Source: Eledone cirrhosa
Taxonomy: Eukaryota
Assembly (NCBI GenBank): GCA_964016885.1
Contig: OZ024741.1
Span: 9,982,001-10,046,000, forward strand
DNA: 64,000 bases
Direction of reading: 5' to 3'
This document shows, piece by piece, positions 28,758-40,264 of this stretch (positions within the stretch are counted from its first letter, which is position 1; each line of letters begins with the position of its first letter). The notes under the pieces are model-generated. The model saw nothing but the letters and a program-made list of their open reading frames with translations. It was not told the DNA's origin and did no database searches. The position numbers and the translations under genes were made by a program.

Positions 28758-30725
28758 GTGAAAATTGAGAGAGACATCGAAACCAACTTCTGTCGGACAG
28801 CATATCAACTGAAATGGCTAACCGCCATCCAAAACAACACCGAGATCGATTACAACCCCACAACCCACCCCACACTCCCCACGTATCACCTCGACAACCC
28901 ACTCCACCCCCCACCCACCAACCACGAACTTGACACTAAACTACTCAGGTTGAAACATTCTATCTCTAACATCCTTTCCCAACACACACACACACACAAT
29001 AAACGCAACCTCACCAATGCACAATTTAATACTCTCACCAACCTAAGATCCAGGAACCTTGTGTACCTTCCCTCTGACAAGGGGAAAGAATACTGTGTCA
29101 TCTCGAGAGAGAGCTACAACAACTTAGCTCTCCAACATCTTAATGACCACAGCCTCTACTCGAAAGTCACAGGGACCTCCTCGACTCTAATCGAGGAAGG
29201 CATTAACACCATATGGACTAACATCTGTGTCCAACGAAAACTGCCAAAGAAGGTAAAAAACAACATAATGACTCGAAACAGCAAATTACCCACCTTCTAC
29301 CACCTGGTTAAAACACATAAACAAGGACCCGATTTGAAAATCAGGCCCATTGTCTCTAGCGTGGAGGGCCCACTCTACAAAATATCGTGGCTGCTCTCCA
29401 CACTACTGAAACCCATTCTACACACACTACCAGCCCACGTCTGCAGCTCAAAGGAGGTCTTGGAGCGACTACACCATCTGGCGCCCAACACCAGAAAGGA
29501 CAACGGTTATGCCTTCAGTCTTGATGTGGTCGCCCTTTATACCTCCGTACCAGCATCCCCAGCTGTCGACCTGTTGACCGAACGAGTCCGAGCATCTAAC
29601 TTACACTGCTTCGGACTCACACACACGGACATCCACCAACTCCTCTCCTTCGTTGTGGATAATGCACTCTTCAATTTCCTCGGCCACACGTACAAACAAA
29701 TCTCTGGGCTACCTATGGGCTCTAGTCTGTCCGGCATACTTGCGATCTCGTACATGGACCACCTGGAACGCAAGGCACTCAATACCTGCCAACCCAACGC
29801 CGTCGCCTTCTACTCCAGATACGTTAATGACATCCTGATACTTACTTCTTCCCGGGAGATGGCGAATGAAATTCACCAAATCTTCAACGATACTAACCAT
29901 CACGTCGATTTCACCATCGAACACCCAGGAGAAGACGGGTCACTCGCCCTCCTTGACTTCCGTATCAACATCTCGGAAGAAGGAGACATAAACACCACCT
30001 TCTACCGCAAAGCAGCGTGCAAGGACTTATTTGTGCATTATAACTCAGCCCTCCCCAACAACGCTAAGAGAGGCTATGTCCTAAATGAACTGACACGGAT
30101 CACTAACAGATGCAGCGACCCGATGGGTGGTCTCACCCATACCACGCAATTCCGTAATCTACTCAGATCTAATGGTTATCCCAAGCGACTGATTAACGGA
30201 ATTAGAGACCCCAGACCCAATAGACAGACACCCACTAGAAAATTAAATAATAGCAGGTGCTTCTTTAAAATCCCCCACCTGAGTGAATATACCACGAACG
30301 CCATCCGCAGGGCCATACGGACGGAGGGACTTGACATACATTTGGCCCACACAGGACCTTCGCTGCGAAGATGCCTCTCCAACAAACCCGACGAGTCAGA
30401 TGGGACGTGTTCCCTCAGCAACTGCCCGATACGGGGGGCAGATTGCCTACGCACCTATGTCGTATATAAGATTCAATGCGATAAATGTAACAAGTTTTAC
30501 ATAGGTAGCACCATCCGACCCCTACATGTTCGTATCAAGGAACATATCAACACCAACGCATCTTCCTTCCGTAAACACATCCTTAAATGCGGAAACCCAC
30601 AGGGTAGACCCTTGGTCACAGTCCTAGCGACTGAACGCAGCATCGGATCCTTAAGGATAAAGGAAGCACTTGTTATTAAGAACCTCAGCCCCCACTTAAC
30701 AACCGGACTGAGAGAAATGAGCTGA
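28758..30725 (+). CDS. Penelope-like element polyprotein (RT + Cys linker + GIY-YIG), Neptune-like; catalytic YVDD reads YVND
   Basis: Motifs SDKG, KTHK..IRPIVS, SLDVVALYTSVP, GLPMGSSLS, RYVNDI, NGYP, CSLSNCPI..C, VVYKIQC..C..FYIGST.R.L..RIKEH and KEALVI. Confidence 0.9.
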   Translation: MKIERDIETNFCRTAYQLKWLTAIQNNTEIDYNPTTHPTLPTYHLDNPLHPPPTNHELDTKLLRLKHSISNILSQHTHTHNKRNLTNAQFNTLTNLRSRNLVYLPSDKGKEYCVISRESYNNLALQHLNDHSLYSKVTGTSSTLIEEGINTIWTNICVQRKLPKKVKNNIMTRNSKLPTFYHLVKTHKQGPDLKIRPIVSSVEGPLYKISWLLSTLLKPILHTLPAHVCSSKEVLERLHHLAPNTRKDNGYAFSLDVVALYTSVPASPAVDLLTERVRASNLHCFGLTHTDIHQLLSFVVDNALFNFLGHTYKQISGLPMGSSLSGILAISYMDHLERKALNTCQPNAVAFYSRYVNDILILTSSREMANEIHQIFNDTNHHVDFTIEHPGEDGSLALLDFRINISEEGDINTTFYRKAACKDLFVHYNSALPNNAKRGYVLNELTRITNRCSDPMGGLTHTTQFRNLLRSNGYPKRLINGIRDPRPNRQTPTRKLNNSRCFFKIPHLSEYTTNAIRRAIRTEGLDIHLAHTGPSLRRCLSNKPDESDGTCSLSNCPIRGADCLRTYVVYKIQCDKCNKFYIGSTIRPLHVRIKEHINTNASSFRKHILKCGNPQGRPLVTVLATERSIGSLRIKEALVIKNLSPHLTTGLREMS

Positions 30726-30789
30726 CATGGCTAACTTAACCATAGTGACCATTCACAGCCTACGGCCTGCTATCTTCACACACACGCAC

Positions 30790-31130
30790 GTATATGCATA
30801 CCCATACGCATACACACACACATCTATATTTATACACGCACACATGTTTTTACAACCCACCACCTTTCACACCCTTTGATTTCCAGCTTCTACAGCCCAC
30901 TATCTTTCACACACAAACGCACTCACACATATACACACACACATGTATACCCATACGCTTACACACACACATCTATATTTATACACGCACACATGTTTTA
31001 CAACCTACCACCTTTCACACCCTTTGATTTCCAGCTTCTACAGCCCACTATCTTTCACACACACACACACTCACACATATACACACTTACACTTATACAC
31101 ACACAGTTACACACACATATATATTTACAC
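30790..31130 (+). repeat. Tandem ~150-bp duplication in the PLE 3' UTR
   Basis: CCACCTTTCACACCCTTTGATTTCCAGCTTCTACAGCCCACTATC occurs twice. Confidence 0.8.
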
Positions 31131-31472
31131 ACACATATCTTACGGCTTTCACACGCTAGCGCACCCTCTTGATTTAACCCATTTGGTCAGTAGCTTTTGC
31201 CACAGCCTATCACGCGCACGCGCATTCTTTCCCTCGTTTAAATTTTAAATAATTTTCTCCCCTTAACGGCATTCCTGTCTTAACGACATCACAACAACTT
31301 TCTCCGCTTGGCCTGTACATATATATACATACATGCACACACATATATATATGTACGTATGGATTCACCGAACATTTATAATAATGCTCGGTGTGTTTGT
31401 AAACAAACATCCCGTATTAAGCCGTAGTGTCTAGCAACCATCGTTGCTCGTTTGTTCAACACTGACAAAGGA

Positions 31473-31515
31473 ACGTTGTACTAGTTTCAAGCTTATTAGC
31501 TATCGTCAGCAACGT
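31473..31515 (-). ncRNA. Minimal type I hammerhead ribozyme (family B), in an inverted diverged copy (31350-31630) of 28165-28450
   Basis: Minus strand reads ACGTTG CTGACGA TAGCTAATAAGCTT GAAAC TA GTA CAACGT, with a perfect stem I. Confidence 0.8.
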
Positions 31516-31631
31516 ATACCTTCCTGCCAGATTGTTGAACGTGTATACTTACCTTATGCATATTAACGGCTGAGTAGCCCAATTTGCATATCAAGTGGGT
31601 TAATTGGCCGGGTGCACCGAAAACTATAAAC

Positions 31632-31668
<37 letters not shown>

Positions 31669-31851
31669 GATAAATCTACCAAAATATACGGTAGTGTCCA
31701 ATCCGTATGAAGAACTCAATGTAATCCAAATATCATGAAAAGAGAAGATGCATTCAAAAATGTTTCGATGAAAATCACAGGAAAAAAGAGTCAAGATAAA
31801 TTAATAAAATCAATGAATAAAAACAAAAACAATTTCCTTATATTAAAAAAT

Positions 31852-31989
31852 TCATCATTTTACGATCGTTTCTAGGACATATATGTGTGTTGGTATGTAT
31901 ATCATATAGATCTATGTAAACATTTTTCAAACTATCAGAGGAAATATATATACCTTCACATATATATATGCTGTCTTCAGAAATAATGA
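31852..31989 (-). ncRNA. Hammerhead ribozyme with very long stem II (family C)
   Basis: Minus strand reads TCATTATTT CTGAAGA [~100 nt] GAAAC GATC GTA AAATGATGA. Confidence 0.75.
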
Positions 31990-34550
31990 TATTTGTTTAT
32001 TGAAAAGAACCAACAAAGATTTAATATAATAGGTCTGTTTGGGAACAGGTTTTGAATTTACCACTAGAAAAGTAGTAGGAGGTCAAGTTTATAGAATAGT
32101 AGTAGTAGAAATTTAATTTAGGGGTAGAGGAATGCAGACTTAAGTTTTGAATGGAAAGAATACTTTGGGGATGAAAAGAGCTCAAGCCGGTGAAAGGTAC
32201 ACGAAAATTTGATGATATTAAAGAATAATGCTAATGTTAAAACCGAAGGAGAATAACATTTTAGGGTAAAGGTGTTAGTGAGAAATACCATTCTTATTTA
32301 AAACACAAGGAATTTAGATCTATAACAAGAAAATAAAATTGATTTATAGGGATACATTTATATTAATTCATATGGATGTGATAAATAAGAATTAGATGTT
32401 ATTAAAGAATGTTGTTAAAAACTTAGGAAAATAAAATAATGGGATAAATGTAATAGTGAGAAATAACAATCTTATATAGACTACAAGGAAATTAAAATAG
32501 TTTATATGTATACTTTTAGGTATTAATTTTAGAAAAAGAGAGCTGTAAGAGGGAAATAAAATTATGAAGTTCTCTGTAGTAAAGTACTAATTATAGGTTA
32601 ACTAAATTAAAAAAACTAATTGTAATAATATGTAAAATATAAGTGTAAGGTGTATATTAATTAGGTTTATAATATTTGAAAGTTCTTCTAATTCTATGAT
32701 TGCAAAATATAATTAATTCTTGACGCTTATTTAATAGGATATCCTTAGATTTCATTATTTCAAAAAGTTCCTGGGAACATAATCTACACTCATATCTGTT
32801 ATTTTGATAAGGGGTGGCCCTTTTGAGCACACTCCAGGTCAGGTTGTAATAAATATTCTTTTTTCTATAATTATTAATTGTTTCAGCCAAGGATGTTGTA
32901 TTAGCTAATGCGGCATTTTTAAAACTATGTTTGTGGGTATTAAATCTTACTTTAAATTGGTTAGAAGTAGCTCCTATATATGGATAAGTTGAGTCCTTAG
33001 TGCTAATTTTACATTTATATACTATGTTATTAATAAGACAATTTCCCTTTAATGGGCAATTTCTTCTGTTTCTACAGTTACAACCATTCGTGAATATTAT
33101 ATCAGGAGAGTTAGGCAAATTTGGTGTGGAATTAACTCGACTTGTTATATGTGAAAGAAATGGTGGTTAGTTGCGGTTTATTTTAGTATTATGGTTGGTT
33201 TGGTGTGTTGGTGGTATATTCGTGGGCTTTTTACATTTATATGCATTGTACGCACTTATATTTTGTTGTATATTTTTTGTAGTAGAGTAGGAAAATTTGA
33301 CAGTTGATCTATTTAAAATTTGATGGTATTTATGGTTTGGCGGGAAGTTTTTCTCTAGGATAGGAAAAAGTTTTAGGGATATTATCTTTAATTTGTAGAT
33401 TAAATGGAGCATTATACCAAGTAATTCGTCTATTACGGTTTCGATGTTGTTTTTTTATATTTATACGATGTATCAGGATGTTTACTAAGAGAGTTACTAT
33501 TAGTGAATTTATTATATATAGGTTTAGTTAGATTAACTGATTTAGGTGTTTTAGTCTGATTATTAGGAATTTTGTTAGTAATGTTATTAACGTATATTGG
33601 AGTCTTAGGATGAATGTTTTTTTGAAAGTTATATTGTACGTGAGAAGAGGTAGAGAAATTAAGTTTTAAGTTGGTATTTTGGGGTATAGTGTGAGTGGCA
33701 TTTAGGTGTGTATTTTTCATTTGGTGTTTGTTGGTAATATTGGGTTGTATGTTTGTAGTATTATTGGTACAAGGTATATAGACTAATTTGTTTTTGTGGC
33801 CGCTTCTAGCTAAAGCTTCGTTATAAAAGGTCGCATTTTTATCGAATACATCCTGGTTAGATGAAAGGTTAGAAATTCTGAGTGAGATATTATATGCTAG
33901 GTTTTTAAGGATAGATCTAGGGTGATTGGATTGTGAGTGTATGTAATGTAAGTTTTGGTTAGGTTTATGGTAAGGTTGGTAGATACCCGTAGATAAGTCT
34001 AAAGTTATATCAAGGAAATTAACTACTTTACTGGTGTTTTCAAATGTAATAGTGAGACTATAATAGTCTTTGAGGAAAGTTCTAATAAGTTTTTTTTTTT
34101 TTTTCAATTTCTGATAGGCTAAAGTTAGTGGAAAGAAGAAGACAGTCAACACGATATAAACCACCTTTAATGTGGGGAAAAGAAGAATTTATGTTAAATA
34201 GAAGAAAGAGGCCCAATAAGATTGGTATTTCTCACTAACACCTTTACCCTAACATTTTATCCTCCTTCAATTTTAACATTAGCATTATTCTTTAATAACA
34301 TCAAATTTTCGTGTACCTTTCACCGGATTGACCTCTTTTCATCCCCAAAGTAATCTTTTCATTCAAAATTATCTTTCCATGCAAAACTGAAGTCTGCATT
34401 CCTCTACCCCTAAATTAAATTTCTACTACTACTATTCTATCAACTTGACCCCTTACTACTTTTCTATTGGTCAATTCAAAATATGTTCCCAAACAGACCT
34501 ATTATATTAAATCTTTGTTGTTTTTTCAATAAACAAATATCATTATTTCT

Positions 34551-34735
34551 GGCGGTGGATTGGCAGTATCGGTAGAGGGTCAGACGCCATGCTTTCTAGC
34601 ATAGAGTTACGGCCCTTGCCATTCTGAGTTAAAATCCCGCCGAGGTTAACTTTGCCTTTCATCCTCACGGAGTCGATAAAATAAAGTACCAGTAATGTAC
34701 TGGGTAATTGCTGGCCTTGTGCCAATGTAGAAACA
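34551..34735 (+). mobile_element. tRNA-derived SINE with Nin/Deu-like core and 9-bp TSD ATTATTTCT
   Basis: A-box-like TGGCAGTATCGG, B-box-like GAGTTAAAATCC and core CTTTGCCTTTCATCCT..GTCGATAAAATAAAGTACCAG. The TSD is at 34542-34550 and 34736-34744. Confidence 0.8.
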
Positions 34736-34869
34736 ATTATTTCTGAAGACAGCATATATATGTTTAGGTATGTATATTTCCTCTGATAGTTTGTAAAATG
34801 TTTACATAGATCTATATGATATACATACCAACACACACATATATATCCTAGAAACGATCGTAAAATAAA
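34736..34869 (+). ncRNA. Hammerhead ribozyme, family C
   Basis: ATTATTT CTGAAGA ... GAAAC GATC GTA AAATAA. Confidence 0.65.
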
Positions 34870-34925
34870 AATTTTTTTAATATAAGGAACTGTTTCTTTG
34901 TTTTTATTCATTGTTTTTATTCATT

Positions 34926-34986
<61 letters not shown>

Positions 34987-35180
34987 AGTATATTTACCAA
35001 CATATGCGTACAGATGTACACTAATGCTAGCAAATACATAAGTTATGTCATAGTACCTAGGTGGTTCAATGCAGGGGGATGCAGAACAATTATATGAAAG
35101 ACGTAAAATAAGAAAATTTAAATTTTTTTTATATGAGTCCCTAGTGTCCGCGCATTGCCTGGATACTTAGCTGAGAATAG

Positions 35181-35262
35181 ACTCCCTGATGACGTAATGA
35201 ATTCTCGATGGTTACATTGCGTAACTATCTTTATCCCATTACAGAAACTAATTAGTTGGAGT
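35181..35262 (+). ncRNA. Type I hammerhead ribozyme (family D)
   Basis: ACTCC CTGATGA C GTAATG...CATTAC A GAAAC TAATTA GTT GGAGT. Confidence 0.85.
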
Positions 35263-35714
35263 GAAAATTTTAGTAAGTTAATTTTTAATTTTTAAAATTT
35301 TCTTATTTTACGTCTTTCATATAATTGTTCTGCATCCCCCTGCATTGAACCACCTAGGTACTATGACATAACTTATGTATTTGCTAGCATTAGTGTACAT
35401 CTGTACGCATATGTTGGTAAATATACTAATTCTCTATATTTATCTCCAAATTATTTATTTGTTGAGCAAACTTGCCAAATCCACTACTAATTCAATGTAG
35501 TAGTAGTAGGCTCTTGTCATAATACCATCCCACTCCTTCTGACTAGCCTCAGTGTCACGTGATTGATTCTTTAGAATCTGCCACTTGACCAGAGACAGTG
35601 ACCTTTTTCAGTGCTATGGAATTCAGTCCCCGCTAGCTGTTCCATCCACCGAATTATTATTTTTATATGAGTCCCTAGTGTCCGCGCATTGTCTGGAGAC
35701 TTAGCTGAGAATAG

Positions 35715-35796
35715 ACTCCCTGATGACGTAATAAATTCTCGATGGTTACATTGCGTAACTATCTTTATCCCATTACAGAAACTAATTAGTTGGCGT
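35715..35796 (+). ncRNA. Type I hammerhead ribozyme (family D), second tandem copy
   Basis: Same fold, with single mismatches in stems I and II. Confidence 0.75.
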
Positions 35797-35848
35797 GAAC
35801 ATTTTAGTAAGTTAATTTTTAATTTTTAAAATTTTCTTATTTTACGTC

Positions 35849-35884
<36 letters not shown>

Positions 35885-35887
<3 letters not shown>

Positions 35888-38530
35888 TACAAATATTAAT
35901 AAAATAGATGTTCTTTTGATCAATTTAATTTTATTATACATATTTCAGAGGTACAACAGTACGTCCTCATCAGACAAAATATAATGATACATGACACACC
36001 CTGAGATGATAAATGGTTAAGATTTAATCAAGGTAGTGATTAACCTAAGAGAAACCTCAACATTTATACCCTAATAATGAGAAAATGCGAAAACATAATA
36101 AATTCAATAGAGAATGTGTGAGTAAGAAAAACTTTGGTTATTGTGACAGCTATAGAGATTTTAAAATGTAGGATACTACAAGTTATGGTTATCTAGGAAA
36201 ACGTCTCATGAATTATAACTGTTTATGAAGGCCGCTGAAAGAGGATTTAAAGAGAGGGAAAGATAAAAGGGAGTAATATATGCAGAAAGAGATTTTTTTC
36301 CCTAAAAGCTAAACGGTTAAGTTTCAAAATATTTAATTTATGTTATTTTAAGGGTGAAGAATCAAGATTTTAGGGTTTTTTTTAAAGTTGATGGTTATTT
36401 ATATTTATTAATTTCATAAATTCTATAAATGTGTTAACATTTCTAAACTTCTGAATTTTATGAGGATAAAATTTAAAGGATTTACCTGGCCAGCGAAAGG
36501 AACATTTACACTGTTGAATATTTTTTCCTAAATGTAATCTTTAACGAAAATTACCTATAAAAATGTCAACATTTTCGGTATGTAAAGCTTATGAAGTACT
36601 TATTGTTAGAAATATCTAAAAATTAATTGTCAAGTAGTTAGTGTAATGATTAACGCAGAGCTTTCAGCAACTTATATATATATATATATATATGTGTGGA
36701 ATTATGGTAATAAATTAATATTTGTTATATTATATTAAATCTCTATATAAGTTCTACTTAAAGTACATCAAATAAATATGCTATTATACAAATATCTATA
36801 TTTGCACAAACTATATATTTGTACAAACTATACGTTAAACTAAACGGTAATTATGTTATAATACACTATAGATATATATGCAAAAAAATCAAAAGCTGAG
36901 ATATACTTAACTAATAATAAGATTATGTTATTATACAGATACACTTATTTGTAAAAATAAAGATTAGGTATATAGAGATATATTAAATATTAATGAGCCA
37001 GTATATTTTAGGTAAATGATAACGAATATAAAATAATAGATTCAAACATGCTAAAGTTAAATAGATACATATATATAAAAGAGTGTAAAGGCATGAATTA
37101 TTCACAGTTCAAAATAAATAATCTAAACATGTAAAAGTTATCTAAAAATTAGGTATAGAGAGATACAGAGAGATATATTAAGTATTAGTGATACAGTATA
37201 CTTTTGGTAAATGATAACGATTATAATGTTATATAATAGATTTCAACGTTCTACAGTTAAATACATATATATATATAAGAAAAATAATAATAAATGCATG
37301 GATAATTCACAGTTCAAAATAAGGTCCGTAAAAATTTAAAGGTTGGATATTTGTACTATATTTGAATCATGAATAGAAAAATAAGGTAGGTATATTTAAA
37401 AACTTACAAAAGATAAGTACATACATATTATAAATAAAAAATGTAAACACATGAATGATTCACAGTTAAAAATAAGTTCCCTAAAAATATACAGGTTGAA
37501 TATTTAAAATAAAATCTAAAACTTAGATAGGAAAATAAAGATAGAGAAATAATGGTATAGATCAAAGTTAATAATATTATGTTATGTATATCAACGTGTC
37601 AGCGTGTTATTGAACAAGTGTCATTCATTCGAGCGTTATTTCTTCTATAGATAGTTATAAGATAATGCAATATTAAAGGCCATTAATGTTTTTCCCCTGT
37701 TGGTTATTTACGTCTGAAAACCAAGTTTAATGGCTTAGTGTTTTTTTCTCTTCTTTTCTGGTCTTGTGTGAGGCTAGGAATGTAGACGTAGCTTTATGGA
37801 GGCAACTAGAGAATAATTCACTTTTTTTGTTAATTAGGGTCTCATAGTTATTAATAATCAATAGGGTCTCCATTGTACAGAGCGCGCAGTTATTTGATAT
37901 ACTAGAGTTGCGGTAAACTCCACAATTCCGAAGTTTCGTCCAAAGAATGGAGTATTTTAAATTCCTCTCTTTTAATGACCATATGAGCTGTGATAAAGAA
38001 GTGGATGATTTCCTCTTGGAGGTCGAGAATGAGCATTTATGGTCCGCAAATCTGGCTTTAAATGTAGATGTCGATCCTATGTAGTTGTATGTGTTGTGAT
38101 CAGTTTTTACGGTGCATTTGTAAATCAAATTACTATCTAGACAATTATTTTGCAGAGGGCAGTCAGTTTTATTTCTACAATTGCATTTTGGTTAGTATCA
38201 TTTATGTTAACGCTATTATTAAGATCATTATGCTGGTTTTGTTTTAGAATGTTAGTGTTTAATTTGGCAATGTTTTGGGCCATGTTCATAGTTGTAGAAT
38301 ACGAGAATTTAATGGCGTGTCTATTTAAAATGGAATGATATCTATGCTGAGTAGGGAAAGAGGTGTCCAAAGTATTAAAGAATAATTTTGCAATTGGTGT
38401 TCTAACTGCGACCGAAGCAGGTGGGGGGGGGGGGGGGGGGGGGGGCGAACCATATGACTGATTTAGTTCTAGTTCTTTTCCTCAATTTATTTGGCGTATG
38501 GGTGTTTGAATTATAATTATTAGAGTTTCG
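35885..38530 (-). mobile_element. Naiad-like PLE 3' fragment with ~1.8 kb AT-rich 3' UTR
   Basis: Motifs VIWFAPP, ILNRHAIKFSYS, IYKC..YIGST..FKARFADHKCSF, LSQLIWSLK and CALCTME..CLH, with a terminal hammerhead. Confidence 0.75.
35928..35980 (-). ncRNA. Type I hammerhead ribozyme (family E) at the 3' end of the Naiad-like fragment
   Basis: Minus strand reads ATTTTGT CTGATGA GGACGTAC-TGTT-GTACCTCT GAAA TATGTA TA ATAAAAT. Confidence 0.75.
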
Positions 38531-38557
38531 TTTATATATATATATTTCGTTTATATA

Positions 38558-38652
<95 letters not shown>

Positions 38653-38661
38653 ATATATATA

Positions 38662-39232
38662 TGTATCCCAGTACAACCTGTCTCATGGTCGGGTCGTTGG
38701 CGACTAAACTGGCAACCCCAGCAACGTTTCTTGGTGAGGAGGGTGACTTTGGACATCCTGCAGGACTAAAAACAAAACCTGTCAAAGGGCAAAGGAGCTC
38801 TTAAGAGTCAATGGCCATCCAAAATCAGTGAGAGAGATGACCCCTTAGCCTTTGTCAAGGCAGAATTCTAGGAGAAGGAAAACTCTGATATAACACCTGC
38901 AAACCTGATGGTATCCAATGATGTTGACTTGTTCTCCTTTTTGGTAAATATCATCTTGGTTAAGAGAGTGGGACTAGCTTTGTGCAGTGCTCACTATAAA
39001 AGCTTCACGGCACAGGCATTGCTTTGTATCTGGAGATCTCTCTGCACTTGTCGTCACATGGTACCAAAGGCAAAGCACTATGTGTCAATAATTGTCACAA
39101 GTGTAGTGTTTGTACCAGAGTTTTCAATTCGCTGGCTGGACTAAAAAGTCACTCGTTCAGCGCATCGGTAGGGGTTCTCCTACATGGATATAAAGTAGTG
39201 GCCGTACTCGAAAACGAGTTGGCAGCCACCAT
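38662..39232 (+). mobile_element. Bipartite RTE-derived element, near full length
   Basis: Matches 19577-20155. Confidence 0.85.
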
Positions 39233-39514
39233 ATATATATGTGTACATACGTATGTATATGTATGTGTGTGTACATATATATGTATATATATATGTGTGT
39301 ACATATGTGTGTGTACATGTATATGTATATATATGTGTACATATATATGTATATATGTGTGTACATAGATATGTATATATGTGTACATATATATGTATAT
39401 ATGTGTACATATATATGTATATATGTGTGTACATATATATGTATATATATGTGTGTACATATATATGTATATATGTGTGTACATATATATGTATATATAT
39501 GTGTATATATATGT

Positions 39515-39780
39515 GTGGGACTGGCTTTGTGCAGTGCCTTTGCTCACTATAAAAGCTTCACGGCACAGGCATTGCTTTATATCTGGAGATCTCCTGCACT
39601 TGTCGTCACATGGTACCATGGGCCCAGCACTAAGTGTTAATAATTGTCACAAGTGTAGTGTTTGTACCAGAGTTTTCAAGTCGCTGGCTGGACTAAAAAG
39701 TCACACTCGTTCAGCACATCGGTAGGGGTTCTGCTACATGGAGTAGTGGCCATACTCGAAAACGAGTTGGCAGCCACCAT
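39515..39780 (+). mobile_element. Bipartite RTE-derived element, 5' truncated
   Basis: Matches 19884-20155 and reads [26 protein letters not shown]. Confidence 0.85.
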
Positions 39781-39976
39781 ATATATATATATATATGTAT
39801 ATATATATGTATGTATATATGTATATGTGTATGTGTATATATATATGTATGTATGTGTATGTATGTATATATGTATATATCTGTGTATGTATTTATTTAT
39901 TTTTATATATATAAATATATATTTATAAAATAAAGTTAAATAAAAGTCAAATGATTAAAATTTAGCTTCGTTTATT

Positions 39977-40031
39977 ACTGCTATATATATTTCAGTGACA
40001 GCCATCTTTGGCTGTGACCTCTTCAGGCAGT
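39977..40031 (-). ncRNA. Type I hammerhead ribozyme (family F) in the inverted pLTR
   Basis: Reverse complement of 44036-44090. Confidence 0.85.
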
Positions 40032-40264
40032 TTGAATTAGTCACTGAAATATATATAGCAGTAATAAACGAAGCTAAATTTTAATCATTTGACTTTTATT
40101 TAACTTTATTTTACACTACTCCGGAGTAACCAAACCAACCTGCGCACTTCGTCGAGTGCTCCAGCCTGCATACTGAGGTGTTGGTATACAACCAACATAA
40201 ACTCAAAATCTATCTAGCTCCCACACGGGTTGAGCGCTTCAAACAGTAGCGGACCTAAGTCACT

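Larger units (their letters stand above)
31668..34925 (-). mobile_element. Naiad-like PLE, 5' truncated, with 3' UTR/pLTR (31668-32650) and an inverted pLTR copy (34225-34925)
   Basis: Motifs VVNFLDITLDL..YHKPN..SNHP, RRITWYNAPF, ILNRSTVKFSYS, CNCR..CPL.GNC, IVY..YIG and CRLC..E..CNH. The flanks are inverted repeats. Confidence 0.85.
34980..35855 (+). mobile_element. ORF-less retrozyme-like/pLTR element: inverted 5' piece plus ~534-bp-period direct repeats, each with a hammerhead
   Basis: 34980-35122 is the inverse of 35292-35435, and 35125-35320 is repeated at 35660-35855. Confidence 0.8.
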
